Assembly: GCA_951406725.2 (NCBI GenBank)
Contig: OX597818.1
Coordinates: 46,810,001-46,874,000, forward strand
Source: Octopus vulgaris
Lineage: Eukaryota
DNA: 64,000 bases
Direction: 5' to 3'
The notes beneath the pieces are model-generated. The model worked only from the letters and a program-made list of their open reading frames with translations, was not told the origin of the DNA and did no database searches. A program made the position numbers and the translations under genes. Below are positions 1 to 13,098 of the stretch, in pieces. Numbering within the stretch: the first letter of the stretch is position 1; each line of letters starts with the position of its first letter.

Positions 1-809
1 AATGATTACCACCTATTTTTCCTTTTGTTTCTTTACAAAGTTCTTTTTTGTCAGTGAGCCCCATTTTTACTTTTATTGCCTTTCCTAGTGCCTATTTCCT
101 TTCTCTGTATTAGGTCTGTTAAAAAATTGTCAAGAATTTTGTAATTTATGGTGTAAAATGTAAAACAATAACTGTAAATTTAAACATGGGTAAACTATAA
201 AGCTAGGTTGTTTTCTTGTTAAAAACCAATGAAATAATCAAGTAAAACATTCTCAAAACAATGTTCATTCAACTTGCAATGAAACAGTTGAGTCTGTGAC
301 TAACAGTGTCTCAGATCTCCACATTTAGTAATTTGAATTCTACTTCATTGTTTGAAAAGAAACTATATTCTATTCAATACAATGTTTGAAAGCCAATGAA
401 GAACATCTTGACCTTACTGTCCAACAATACAATTTATAGATTTTCTACAACTGAAAGTCTTCATATAATTTTCAACTTTGGCTTTAGCTCAATAACATTT
501 TGCAGTAAAATCAGTTACTCTTCAATTTCTTCCACTCAATAAAAAAAAAATGTTTAAAAATGGATTTATTGCCCAATTTGAAATTAATATCAAATGTAGA
601 GCCTGAAATCTCTCAGCCATGCTTATATGCAGTTCATCCATGAGTGTGCAATGCAGTTAAAGATCATTTTTTTTCCCCCTTCCCTCTGGGATCAGGATTT
701 GGAATGACCAACACTGCATTTGAACATGTAGATTTGGACAGAAATGGGGTGAGATTCTAACTATGTCTCTGCAATTACAAATGGCACTCTATTAATAATC
801 CAGATATAC

Positions 810-1090
810 TAAATATATTTAACAATTGCAGTGTGGAAGGTGTTTGTAAGCCATTTAAGAAACACACAAAAGCCGTTGAATTCACTTCAACATTTAAGTT
901 TAATTTGTCAAAATATTTTCGTCGCTTTAAGACCGCAACCTGTTCACTGACAAAAATCCGTGCTGCATCTCTGCGTGTTTCTTAAATGGCTTACAAACAC
1001 CTTCCATGCTGCAATTGTTTTCATTTCAGCACACGATCTCAGATCAAATCACTTGCTATGCAAGTACATCTCCGTAAATAAATATATTTA
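810..1090. mobile_element. Penelope-like (PLE) mini-insertion with inverted terminal arms and 12-bp TSD
   Basis: 45-bp inverted arms at 821-865 and 975-1019 (2 mismatches, both at one former CpG). TAAATATATTTA is duplicated at 810-821 and 1079-1090. A hammerhead-like fold lies between the arms. Confidence 0.7.
904..954 (-). ncRNA. Minimal type I hammerhead ribozyme-like motif (G3-C8 variant)
   Basis: Minus strand reads TTTGTCA-GTGAACA-G-GTTGC-ggtcttaaa-GCGAC-GAAA-ATAT-TT-TGACAAA: 7-bp stem I, core, stem II, GAAA, one-pair stem III with palindromic ATAT loop, then UH. Confidence 0.6.
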
Positions 1091-2654
1091 GCTCACCACA
1101 AATCAAAGTATTCAAATCTTAAAAGGAATTTTTTTTTTTAAATTAAATTAAAATATCTCTTTGACAGTCACTTGACTTCAAGATGCATCACAGAGCATCC
1201 AAATTGTTCATCATTCTCAACGTAAACATTAGCTGGAGAGTGGAGGCATATAAGTAAGCTCTTTTTAAAGTTAAAGTATTTAAATGTTTTGCAACAACTT
1301 GTAGCACCGTGAATTACACAGAACATTAATAGCCTGTCAAGAGTGATACCCCATCTGCTGCATAAGCAGCAAAACTTATTTTCGTTTGAAAATTTGTTCT
1401 ACCGGAATTGATCTGAACAGCCCTCATCAGTAAGAAGGAGCAATTTTCATTAAATGTACTTAATATATATCATAAAACTTACAAAATTATTTTTCAGAAA
1501 TTAATAAATATTTTGTATATAGAGTACAAGCATATCAAAACAATGTTCACAAATAAATAGGAATATCTAGCTTTAATGCTACCTCATCTATAAATCACTG
1601 TCTTCATTAATAGCAATATCTACTGTCAGATTTTGATATGTTCTTATTGCTTTTACAACATAAGCAATGCCAAGGTTAACTTTGTCAAACATAATTTGAT
1701 ATGTTTTAGCATTTCCAGATGAAGAGCATCCAGTTTGTTCGTTGCTAGAGAGTGTATTTTTTTGTGTATTAGTTTTCACTTTTTCCAGTACAACACACTT
1801 CAGTCACTGACTTGTCCTATTTTTGTTTCTAATAATCCTTTAGTAGAAATCTGATAAAGATTTTGATACTAAGATGACACTTTCAGGGTATTTACATATT
1901 TAAATTAATCAAATTCCGAATTTTCTCGTTATTCAAAACAAAATTTAATTGAAATATTTCATTTATTTTATATTACAGTATAACTTGTAAACAATGAAAT
2001 ACCATTGTTGATTGTGAATTTCCAATGAGCCTGTCATCAGTCATCCGTTCCTGATAATGAAAAAGGAAGTTGTACTTGAAATATTAACATTACAATACTC
2101 CCTGGTCACTTTCAATTCACCATCTACTTTCCAAAATGTATCTATTTGCTGATCAAACAACAGAATGGCATCCTTATCTACTTCCAATTTCAATACTAGT
2201 AATAATTGTCTTTGCTTTAAAACTAAAATGTGCTCTAAAATTTTTTGGTTTCAGTTTCACCACTTGACAGTTGCAAACTCAAAAACCCAAGTGGAAAAGC
2301 ATCTCACATTTTTACTAATTCAACTAAAATATTTACAATTACAGTGATTTGGTAGATTCAACAACAAATCAAGTAATACTTGGTTGTAGGATCATTATTA
2401 TTCTCAACATCTTTTATAGAAAATATGTCATTCCCTAAACCTTGGCACACCAACAATTCTCCACCAACTGATGGTCTTGGTGCCTCCCTGGATACAGAAA
2501 TTATCAGGGGGAACTTGAAATTCCTGTGGATGCTAGTCTAATTCACTGTGTGGCAACAGGTGGTGTTGTGTATACTGTGTGTTCACATGCATTATTTCCA
2601 CTGCATTTGTTGGTAGTGATATCAAAATTTTGAGAGCTCCACTGCTTATTTAGC

Positions 2655-2940
2655 TTAACCCTTTCATTATTATATTTCAAACTACACTACTTTTGTTTCA
2701 ATTAATTTTGAAAATAAAAAATTTAATAATATAATAATATATATAATATAAAAAATTTAATAATACAAAAGTTTAATAATATATGTAATATTATATAATT
2801 ATATATATAATTAAACTGGCATTTGGGATATAAATAACATGAAATTTTGATGTGAAGCTATAATTTAAATTACTTTAAACAGCGAGTTTATATCACAGAA
2901 TAAGGGGCAGTTTCAGACAGTTTGGTATCAAAAAGAGTTA
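2655..2940. mobile_element. Old piggyBac-type MITE
   Basis: Starts TTAA-CCCTTT and ends in degenerate AAAAGAGTTA; AT-rich non-coding interior. Confidence 0.4.
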
Positions 2941-3199
2941 TCTAGCAATGGCTCCCACAGTTAGCATCAGTGGTAGGGTCAAACTTAAACAACCAATCCA
3001 TATCAATCCAAAATAAGATAGAACTGTTGTTAAAAATGCATTGTGGTGTATAATTAGTAGGTTAGAGGAGTATTGATGAATTATGACTATTTGATAGCCC
3101 AGCAAAATGGCTCATCTATCAAGGCTTTGGAACCAAGGATACCAGAAAATCAGAGGTTCACCTGTAGTATATTTCTGTATATTTTCTTCCTTGCAAATT

Positions 3200-3750
3200 A
3201 ATTTCTTTAAATTGGGGTTCCTTTAATAATAATTTGCTGAGCATTGTTTACACTTCAAAAAGAGATATCTCATTATTTTTCCATGCTTAAATTTTTCTGT
3301 TCTTAGATCTTTCTGTTGAGCAATGCAATGCTGTTCTAGAGATATGGAATTCAGTTCTCTATCTACACTACAGCATCACTTGATGTGAACATAGCTATCT
3401 TTCACAAACTGAATTGCTTATCAATATAGAATTAATTGTTTAAATACAGTGAAAATTGATTTTTTGTTGGCTGAGTCACTCCAGTAAACACACAAACAAA
3501 ATATATAAAATAGATATTTTTCCTAAATTGTTGTTTCTTTCATGCACAATTTAGATGTGAAGAGGAGCATTGCAGATTTTATTCATCATAATTTGTGAAA
3601 TAACATGGTTAATACATCCACAAACTCAAATGCATAAATCTTTTACACTAATTTTCTGGATGTGCATTATACTTTTCCATGTAATTGGGGATACAGCATT
3701 GATAGACTCATAGAAATTTCAGTGCCAAAAGATGGGCAACAGTTCATGTT
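3200..3750 (-). mobile_element. hAT (ZNF862-like) transposase remnant
   Basis: Minus strand gives KIAMFTSSDAVV and LEQHCIAQQKDL (cf. MFTSDGASVM and EQHCVAHREDL), frameshifted. Confidence 0.45.
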
Positions 3751-4999
3751 TTTGTCAGTTTGATCAAGCACAAAGGACTGTGTGTCTGGCAGATGCTGAG
3801 GCATTCACATTTTTACCGAGTGTCAGTGGAAATAACACATGGATGGACGCATCCACAAGGGCCAGCTGCTAGTGATCCATCAGGATTCATCAGATTAGGG
3901 TGTCCATTATTAAGGGACATCTTCCCTTGCTCAACTGTTGTAACAAAAACTAACCTTTTTGATTGAAAAGTTTCTACAGGTAGTCAATCTCCAAGAGTTC
4001 TGAATTACCTAATAGGTGGAAAACTTAATCATGTTAATTGACATGCGGTAACTTTCGCATGACTATTCAGCCATGCTATAGCTACAATGTTCCTTCCAAA
4101 CATTCCAGCCGGACTAAAACAAACTATGAGCAATGCAACAAGCATTTCTTTAACCTAATAAACTGCTTTACACTTGTGCAAGAGATTTTACTTTCGGCTT
4201 TTCCCAAATCATGATGTTTGAGCAGGAAGGGAATGCACTCTGGCAACCTTTACCTACTCTTACTGGTTCCCCTGTCACCATGCTCTCTCTTGGACATATC
4301 TTGAGGATACTTTCAGATGGCTCATCATCATTTTATCTCCTCCACACACACGTGGGGTAACACTGCTTATCCCCCCACTCAACCCTTCCCACTGCTCTTA
4401 TCACTCTCACACTTTATCACTAATCCCCTGGCACTACTTTTCCCTTTCCCTCCTATTATCCTCTTCCATCTTATCTTTCCTTGATTCATACACCTCTTTA
4501 TCAACCCAAGTATAATGTGGGGGGAGCACTGCATTTCTTTCCACTCAACCCTCCCTACCATCCTATCACCCTATCACTACTTTCCCTCCTATTACTTGCT
4601 TCCCTAATACAGTTTCAGCTAGCCTTTCTCCTTACCACCCTCCCTCATCAATAAAACCATGTAATACCATGAAGAACCAGTCTTCCACCCTGACAATGTG
4701 TCCAATCCATGCTGGTATGACAAGTGGACAAACTGAACCCATCACTGGGTCCACTTTCACAAATCCACCCATCACTATTACTATTTTCCTCCTACCTTCT
4801 CCTCACTAATACCTGGCATTATTCTTCCTATTCTCCTCTCCTGTCACCATTACTCCTACCCAAACACTGTTCCTTCAGTTATTCTCTCTATTACTATCCT
4901 CTTGCAACAATAAATATGCTCCATCCATTATGAGAGTCTCTCTTTAGCTTCACAAGCTGCAAGATGACCCCCAACAGTACTAGTGCTACTACAAATACT

Positions 5000-5252
5000 A
5001 AGTACATTATGGGTGGCTAGTAGTCAATTCAAGCAATGACAGCACAGGGTTTTGAGAGGACATTTTAATACTGCCAGCAGCAAGGCAAATTCTAGAGTAC
5101 CGGCACCAGGATAAAAATGCAAAATTGGTCAGTGTTAGGAAGGACGTCCAACCATAGAAACCATGCCAAAAAGTAGACATTGGAGCAGAATGTAGTTTTC
5201 TAACCAAATGGACTATGCCAGCATGGAAAACAGATATAAAATGAAGATGATG
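5000..5252 (+). mobile_element. RTE-type 3' end (GGAAGGGCATCC family), diverged
   Basis: GTTAGGAAGGACGTCCAACCATAGAAACCATGCC...GCCAGCATGGAAAACAGA, then a GAT tail. Confidence 0.65.
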
Positions 5253-5574
5253 GCAGCCTACAGTGAAATCTCATGCAAACTAAATACAGACACAACCACT
5301 TACACCCATTTTAATATCATTTCAAACTGAAGAAAATACATAAATTGCATTGTTGAACACTGACCACTATAAAGCTACACATTTTTCTTTTATAGATCAT
5401 TTAGACCTCCATAATGCTACTATGTTGGTGAGGACACCAACTTTGAGAACCACAATTTTATAGGATTTGATATTAGCCTATGTATACAAGGTAGTTTTAC
5501 TCAACTTCCTTCTGAATGACTAGATTTTATAGCAAATCCACTTCCAATCGTATGAAATTATTATCACTAGCAGG

Positions 5575-5995
5575 ACCAGAGTGGTGGATTAGTAGAATCA
5601 TTAGTGTCAAACAAAATATATTGTGATATTTCATTATAGATCTTTATGCTGTGAGTTCAAAATCCATTGGAGCCAACTTCACCTTTCACTCATCCAGGGT
5701 TGATAAAATGAAGTACCAATCAAGTACTAAGGTCTGTGTAATTGACTAACCTCCTTCTCTCAAAACTGCTGTCCCTGAACTAAAATTAGATACCATTGTT
5801 ATTATTATTAATAGGGTGGCAAGCTGGCAGAGTCGTTAGCACTCTGGATGAAATGTTTAGCAGTATTTCATCTGCCTTCACATTCTGAGTTCGAATTCCA
5901 CCGAGGTCAACTTTGCTTTTCAGCCTTTCGAGGTTGATAAATTAAGTACCAATCAATGTAATCAACTTGTCCCTATAGTAGAAAGGATTATTATT
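5575..5995 (+). mobile_element. Two tandem tRNA-derived SINEs with Deu/Nin-like central domain (family B)
   Basis: B-box-like GAGTTCRAA, then GGTCAACTTTGCYTTTCAKCCTTTCGRGGTTGATAAATTAAGTACC; (TTA)n tails. Confidence 0.8.
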
Positions 5996-7095
5996 ATTAT
6001 TATAAGCAGCAGTACCTATGGAGATTCCAAATTTTAGGAATTATTTCTATTTTGATGCATAAATTTATAGATCTTTATAATATCATTTCAACACACACTA
6101 AAAGTTTTGATTATGTCCAATTCCATTCCATAGTTAACATTGTTTAAAGCATAATACTCGAGTACACGATCATCACTGTGATGAACAGAATAATATTATA
6201 GATGTTTGCATAAGACTATCTCAGAATTATTACACTAGATAATAGAAAGAAGAGAACAGTTATCACTATAAAATTATTGCTAGTACTAACAAGATAGCCG
6301 GAGAGAAATGCATTAAAATAAATAATTAATCTTAGTCTTCAACATTATAATTTTATTTATGATTAAATAGAACATAAATTATACATTTAATGTAATATAA
6401 CTTCAATATAGTATTTAGATTGTTATTTTCGTAAAGAATATACACAGAAATTTATAAGTAGAGCTAGCAAAAACTAACTGGAAAGTTTGCCAATTCTTTT
6501 CCCCGTTAATCCAAGAACATCCCTCTAAAACCTGAAGCTCATATTTCTTTTCTCTGTAACACCACAACTGAAGTATAAATTTATACACCCCACTGCTTAC
6601 ACACCGGCGTTAAGATTTTTCCCAGAGATATTTATCAACAGATATTTAGATGTAGAACATCTTGCTCTTTTTTTCAACAGGTTCTGTGTAGTTACTTCAT
6701 TTGGAAAGATAAACAAAGTGCATTTAAAACGGGATGTTGTTTTTTTCCTCAATTTCAGATCAGTTTATTTTGTTCATTAGAAAATAAAATATGGTCATAT
6801 ACCATTCATGCTGGAAATAGGCCAAACATAATGAAAGTTCCTCGCATACACTAAGAGACTTTATTCACTATTACTGGCATATTTTCTTAGTCTGACTCAT
6901 TTCATAGTGAAGCTGTTTTTTAGTCTCATGACATTAGCTACTTCCTAGCAGCAGCAGTAGTAGCCACAAGCAAAGACTATTTACTATGCACACACACACA
7001 CACAGCCAACTTCCCTTTACACATTAGACACGCAAATATATATCCCTCTCTTCACTACACACACCCACAATATCCACCCACAATAAGTTTACTAG

Positions 7096-7126
<31 letters not shown>

Positions 7127-7626
7127 AGTCACTCACTACATTCACTTGCATATATTGTATCCACTATATATATTACACTAAACATACATCAACCCTGATG
7201 AAGTTACTTGGTCACTTGACTTACAAGCAATAGCAGCCAGACCACCCTTAAAGTATACCCAAGTATCTTGAAAAAGGGCAGAGACATTGAATTGTATAAT
7301 CCTAGGTGTGCAATGCTCAGGAGAAGGACAGACTCTTTGCTACAGGAGTTATCTTATCACAGGTCCACTCACTAAAAGCTGAGTTGGGATTAAACAACAG
7401 GCTACATACATATAAACACATAAGTTCTACTCTTACAAAGCACAGTCACAAATACTACATCTACTTTAAATAATAATGCCCACACACTCTTGTTGTTCCA
7501 AGACAAAAACATTTCTTCGGTCCTCAATGCACAACATATGTGTGTTTTTTTTTTACATTCACTAAATGCACACTATTTCATTACACACAAAGAAACATCA
7601 CACCCGTCCCCATGACATTCTTCACA

Positions 7627-7665
<39 letters not shown>

Positions 7666-7702
7666 CTGAAATATCACATGTCACTCGGTTTAACACCACC
7701 AC

Positions 7703-7834
7703 CTGGCCCATGAGTGCCTTTAGCAGAGTCTGCTCTGTTGCAAGTATTTGAATCAAGTCTCTGATCTAAGAATAACATCCTCCCACTTCTCTTCGAGGCC
7801 CTGGAAAGATCAAGGGTGCTGCCCTTTCTCCTGT
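7703..7834 (-). CDS. Candidate internal coding exon (132 nt, phase 1-1), unknown protein
   Basis: Acceptor cttttaattgtttag, weak donor CAG|gtggtg. One open frame, (D)RRKGSTLDLSRASKRSGRMLFLDQRLDSNTCNRADSAKGTHGP(G), in unique, GC-richer sequence. Confidence 0.25.
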
Positions 7835-8007
7835 CTAAACAATTAAAAGACTTTTTAAATAAAATATCTACCCTTACTAAATATACATGCATGGGCACAC
7901 AAACATGTACAGCTTCACTACACACATCCCCACAGACATACATACATACCGGCTTTCACTTATATAGAAACACCACACCCACTCTTATATACTTTAAAAA
8001 TATACAT

Positions 8008-8040
<33 letters not shown>

Positions 8041-8074
8041 AAGTTTGTGTTATATATATATATATATATATATA

Positions 8075-8330
8075 TCGCCACACAAACTTTTCCAAGTATA
8101 TATATATCACCACACATCCTTTTCCAAGTATATATATATCACTACACATCCTTTTCCAAGTATATATATATATGTCACTACACATCCTTTTCCAAGTATA
8201 TATATATATATCACTACACATCCTTTTCCAAGTATATATATATATCACTACACATCCTTTTCCAAGTATATATATATATATATTGCCACGCATCCTTTTC
8301 CAAGTACATATATATATATATATATATATC
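8075..8330. repeat. Compound minisatellite: 7 copies of CACTACACATCCTTTTCCAAG separated by variable (TA)n
   Basis: Direct inspection. Confidence 0.95.
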
Positions 8331-8609
8331 CCACACACACTATACTTCAGGCACATGACTTAAAACACCCTTAACACAAACATATGTATAGAATGTGTAG
8401 ACACCCTCAGTTTACATATGAAGACTAACAAGCAATTTCTGCTGGATTCCCATATTCTGAGAAAACAACATCACTGAAAATTGGATTTCTGTTTTGATTA
8501 GTGTATTATTGTAGGTAGCAATAGATACAAGATCAAAATATGCCTACTAGGGGAATATTACTTTTATATATAAACTAACTGTATCACCTTTAAGCAAATG
8601 AGGAATCTT

Positions 8610-8815
8610 CTGTGTGGTCATTTGGTCTGCTAAAAATAGCTACCATATCTCTCTCAAATTATACCTGATCACCTTCAAAATGGAAGGACAAATTGGATAA
8701 TGTAGTCATAGATATGCAATGTACCGAGAGAATAATGGATGGTCATGGCTGGATCACATTTAATCATAGTTCTATACAACCATATATGACCTGGGGAAGG
8801 GTAAAAGAATAACAA
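8610..8815 (+). mobile_element. Old interspersed repeat family G (related copies near 7195, 21665, 24240, 24930, 59760, 60135)
   Basis: Copies share a degenerate CTGCTAGAAATAGC...ATGGTCATGGCTGGA...TTTRATCATAG...GACCTGGGG pattern. Confidence 0.6.
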
Positions 8816-9570
8816 TGCTAGTAGCAACAGATGGTATCTATCTAAGGTTGCAATCTGATGAGAATTCTTTGTTTGAATAATAAACCTACTCTTACTGAAA
8901 ATATTCAATCCTATAACAATTGTCACACTGTTTATTCTCCGTGTCTTTTGTTGTTCATACCATCTCTCTTCACTAAACTCTACACCCAACACTACATAGA
9001 TTCCTTTATTCCAGTATTTCATTTAAACTCTTCTCATTCATTTATTTTGTCAATAATTCATTTCTAACCCTCACATTTCTGTCTTATCTTAATCATGTTG
9101 ACAATAAAAAGCTGCCTCTTGTTATGAAGTACAACCAAAAAGAGAATCTTGTGGATTTTATATATTCAACAGAAATATAAAAGCTTTTTTCTGTGCTACA
9201 TTAAAAGGTTTTCTGAGATAGGAACTATAAGAAAATATTGATGACCTAACATTAATTATAAACAAAGAACAATCCAAATCTTAATAAAACATCTAATTTC
9301 AGAAACAATCCATATAGTGTTCAGTTTACAAATTTTAAAATGAAATCTAAAATCTAGATATGGGTATATGGTGAAGAAGCTTGTTTCTCAACCATGTAGT
9401 TTCACAGCACCTTAGGCAAGTGTCTTCTACCATAGGCCCAGGTTCAGCCAAAGCTTTGTAAGTGAATTTGGTAGATGACAACTGAAAGAAGCTCCTTATG
9501 TATATGTGTGTGTATATTTGGGTGTAAATGAGCACCACAGTCATATGCATGATATTTGTTCCCAGTTTGA

Positions 9571-9800
9571 AGGTGGCGAGCTGGCAGAAACGTTAGCATG
9601 CCAGGCGAAATGCGTAGCCGTATTTCGTCTACCGTTACATTCTGAGTTCAAATTCGAGGTCGACTTTGCCTTTCATCCTTTCGGGGTCGATAAATTAAGT
9701 ACCAGTTACACACTGGGGGTCAATGTAATTGAATTAAACCGTTTGTCTGTCCTTGTTTGTCCCCACTGTGTTTAGCCCCTTGTGGGTAGTAAAGAAATAG
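9571..9800 (+). mobile_element. Family B SINE, near-complete, with approximate TSD
   Basis: GGCGAGCTGGCAGAAACGTTAGC head and Deu/Nin-like core; GATATTTGT..CAGTTT flanks both sides. Confidence 0.9.
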
Positions 9801-10729
9801 ATATTTGTACTCAGTTTTCCATGGAAACCATTATATGGCCATGGGGAAATATTGCCTGCTTCGGAAATAGATGAGAGTTGGTGACAGGAAGAGCATCCAG
9901 CTGCCTCAATAAATTCCATCTGATCCATGGTAGCATGGAAAAGTGGACCTTAAAACAATGATGATGATGAAAATTAAAAGGTTAAATGTGTTTTTGCCCA
10001 AAATCTACAAAAATTCCTATGTACTCTTCAAATGTAGCCAACAAGACAGAACCAGCACCAACACATTCTTTAGGTACACTGCACCATGTCGTCTGAATTT
10101 TTTGAACCACTACTTAGTAAGCAAAACCTTCACTATAAATAGTGAACCATAAAACTTGTTTACCTCTCTTTTGTTTACATATTTATTTATGTAATTAAAG
10201 TATTACTTATCTGTTATGTTAGGTAGACATTAGCAAATGATATATGTAAGTTATGAAACAACTTGCATAAATGAACCGACAAACTAATGTTTTGCAAAAA
10301 CATCGATATCACTTCCATTACAACTTTCATACAAAGTTTAAATTAACATGAATTATATTGAGTAATCAAATCAAACAGATCTCTCTCTCTCTCTCAACTA
10401 TAATTTATGTGCTAGTAGAAGTGGAGTAAAAGCCAGTAATATCAGATATGCAATGGAAACTTGCCAAACAATGTAACTGAGAAAACTGAATAGAAACCCA
10501 TGCAATCCTCACTGCATTTTCTATGAAATTATGTCATAGAAGGAAAGTGGGTGGCAACAGGAAAATAAGTAGGTTTTGAAACCTGAAGAATGACAGGGAC
10601 AAGATAGAAATCATTCAAAAGATTGATTATACCTTTTCTTCAAAAACCATATCAATACGAATGTTTAAATGTTGATGGGAAAGAATTTCACAAGATTAAC
10701 TTTTAACTTTTACTGGTTTTACCCATTAG

Positions 10730-11075
10730 AATGTGGCCATGCTGGGGCACCATCTTGAAGAATTTTAGTCAAACTAATAAACTACAGTACTTATTTTTAC
10801 CTGAAGCCTGGTACTTGTTCTAGCAGTCTCTATTGCCAAACCACTAAGTTACAAGGGCGTAAACACACGAACAGATGTTGTCAAGCAGTGGTGGGGAGAA
10901 ACGTGTGCACACACAACAGGCTTCTTTCAGTTTCCGTCAACCAAATCTACTCGCAAAGCTTCGGTGGACCTAAGGCTATAGTAAAAGATACTTGCCCAAG
11001 GTGCTATGCAGTGGAACTGAACCTGGAACCATACAGTTGGGAAGCAAACTTCTTGCCACACAGCCACGTTTGCAC
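10730..11075 (-). mobile_element. Family A tRNA/CORE-like SINE
   Basis: Reverse complement of GGCTGTGTGG..GGTTCAGT..CCTTGGGCAAGT..GGATTTGGTAGACGGAAACTGAAAGAAGCC..CAGCATGGCC. Confidence 0.85.
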
Positions 11076-11335
11076 CTATTATTCTAAGGTTTACAAAAAA
11101 AGAGAATTTTAGATTACGGTTCTGCACTGATGGAACAGAAAACAGAATGGTAAAATTATACTCTCACTTCTGTGCTGGATGTAGCTACCGAAAAGATGCT
11201 TTGCCATATCTCTCAATGGGGATCTAACAATCTGGTATGGTTTGATAACACCACAACATAAACATTAGTTATTTAAAGGATGAACTGCACTTATGAACAC
11301 TTTTCAAGGTCTCCATTACATTGACTTGAACTTAC

Positions 11336-11355
11336 CTTTTCACATGAGGCCTTCT
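11336..11355 (-). other. Candidate 20-nt microexon
   Basis: tatatttcag|AGAAGGCCTCATGTGAAAAG|gtaagt, a consensus donor. Confidence 0.3.
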
Positions 11356-12355
11356 CTGAAATATATTTAGCAATGCTTTCTTCTCAGTGTCAGAACTTTT
11401 CTAATAAATGGAAAGCTACATGCCTCCTTATTAATCAATTAATCTTCTGAGAGCATTCTAAAATCCATTTGTTTTCTTCCTCAAATGACTATAAGACCTT
11501 AATCCACCATTATACTGTGTTCTCTTTCCCTCATTTACAGTTCAATAGATTTAGCTCATCTGGGCTTGTCTCATCTTAAATCAAAACCATCTAAATTACT
11601 CAGTTTTAATCCTAGACAATCACACTATAACTGACTCTCTGTAAAATAAGTAGCATTAACATTACATACAAACATTTCTCTTCCTCTCAAGCACTAACCT
11701 CCAATGTTTCACATTATATCTTTACTGATAAATTCCTCTTCCATTCTTCCAAATCTAATAAAAATGTTAGAGACTAATAAACCACTTTTTCAGATGTAAC
11801 AATAACAACATAAAATCTTTCTGATCAAAATTGTAATTACAAAGAAAAAAAATGAAACAACAGTATTTTTTCCTGATTATACCAAAAAGATCCATCATAA
11901 AACGTCAAATGTTTATCTCTCAACTAAATGTTAAATACAAGAAACAAATTTTAAAATAGAACAAATTTTAAAATGCAGACTGTATATTTAGGATAATTTG
12001 AGCGCTAAATTAGCCAGACTATAAGTAAATTCACTCAAACGGGGCTTTTGCTTCAACTCCAATTTCTTCTCTTCATCTATAGTAACTGCATACAACCCAT
12101 ATTCTGACTATCACACCTCATCTTGTCATCTCGTCTTACCCCACAGGGCCCCGACTAAACACTTTACACTATCATTTCTTCCCAAAGCCTCTGTCCTTGA
12201 GAATTCCCTCTGCTGAAATTTACCAGGATACGTTGACCTATAGCCATTCAAACACACTAGTCATTTGAGAAGGTCTACAAAAGCCGTGGCCACTACCGCT
12301 ACTCCTCTGACTTATTAATAAAGAATAAAGTTGATAATTCAACATCTGTACTCAC

Positions 12356-12375
12356 CATATTTAATTAATACCATG
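12356..12375 (-). other. Candidate 20-nt microexon containing an ATG
   Basis: attctttcag|CATGGTATTAATTAAATATG|gtgagt. Confidence 0.3.
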
Positions 12376-12866
12376 CTGAAAGAATTTCAGAGTTCTAAAA
12401 GAGTGTGTGAAAACCAGCAGTTGTAGCATCACAAGTTTTAATGTCATTGAAATCAATCATCAGCTATGGCATGGCTAAACTTTCTTGCTTTCTCTCAGTT
12501 TGTAAGTGCTTTATGTATGTCGAAAACTAAACAGATTTAAAGCTTGACAAAAAAAAACAAAAAAAAACATTCCAATGAAGTGACAGAAAACACCACACAA
12601 CAACACACGAGTTATTAATTCTAAGTACATAAGTCTATTTCATCTACATGAGAAGGAATTTCAGACGGCATGACAGAGCAGGAGATTAATAGTTGCAGTA
12701 GTATTTTGATACCATTGAAGTTGCAGTCATCAGCTGATCATTCATTAATGAGCACAAATGATTTAGAGAATTATGCTAAACTCTGCAAGATGAACCTTCT
12801 TGAAACACTTCCTTACAACTAGACCTTTACTGCTGCTGCTGTTATTATATTATTATTATTATTATT

Positions 12867-13098
12867 AAGGCAGCAAGCTGGCAGAAACCTTAGTGCATCA
12901 GACATGCTTCACAACATTTCTTCCAGCACTTTATATCTTCAGTTCAAATTTTGCCAAGCTCAACTTTGCCCTTCCTTCTTTTGGCATTGATAAATTAAGT
13001 ACCAGTTTGGCACTGGGGTCAATGAAATCAACTTGTCCCCTCTCCCAAAACTTCAGGCCTTTTTTTCTATAGCAGAAAGGATTATTATTATTATTATT
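12867..13098 (+). mobile_element. Family B SINE between (TTA)n tracts
   Basis: AAGGCAGCAAGCTGGCAGAA head, core and TTA tail. Confidence 0.8.

Larger units (their letters stand above)
225..1440 (-). mobile_element. Decayed hAT (Charlie/Buster-like) transposase, interrupted by an insertion at 810-1090
   Basis: Minus-strand translations give VENDEQFGCSVMHLEVK*LSK (cf. LLLHTEVRWLSK), DELHISMAERFQ..SNWAINPF, EE*LILLQNVIELKPKLK and RIQITKCGDLR. All resemble Buster/SCAND3-type transposase C-terminal motifs, with many stops. Confidence 0.8.

Noticed and set aside
8075-8330. CRISPR-like 21-bp repeats and the overlapping ORFs at 7816-8374
   Set aside because: The spacers are only (TA)n, and the ORFs are YI/HT-rich microsatellite translations.
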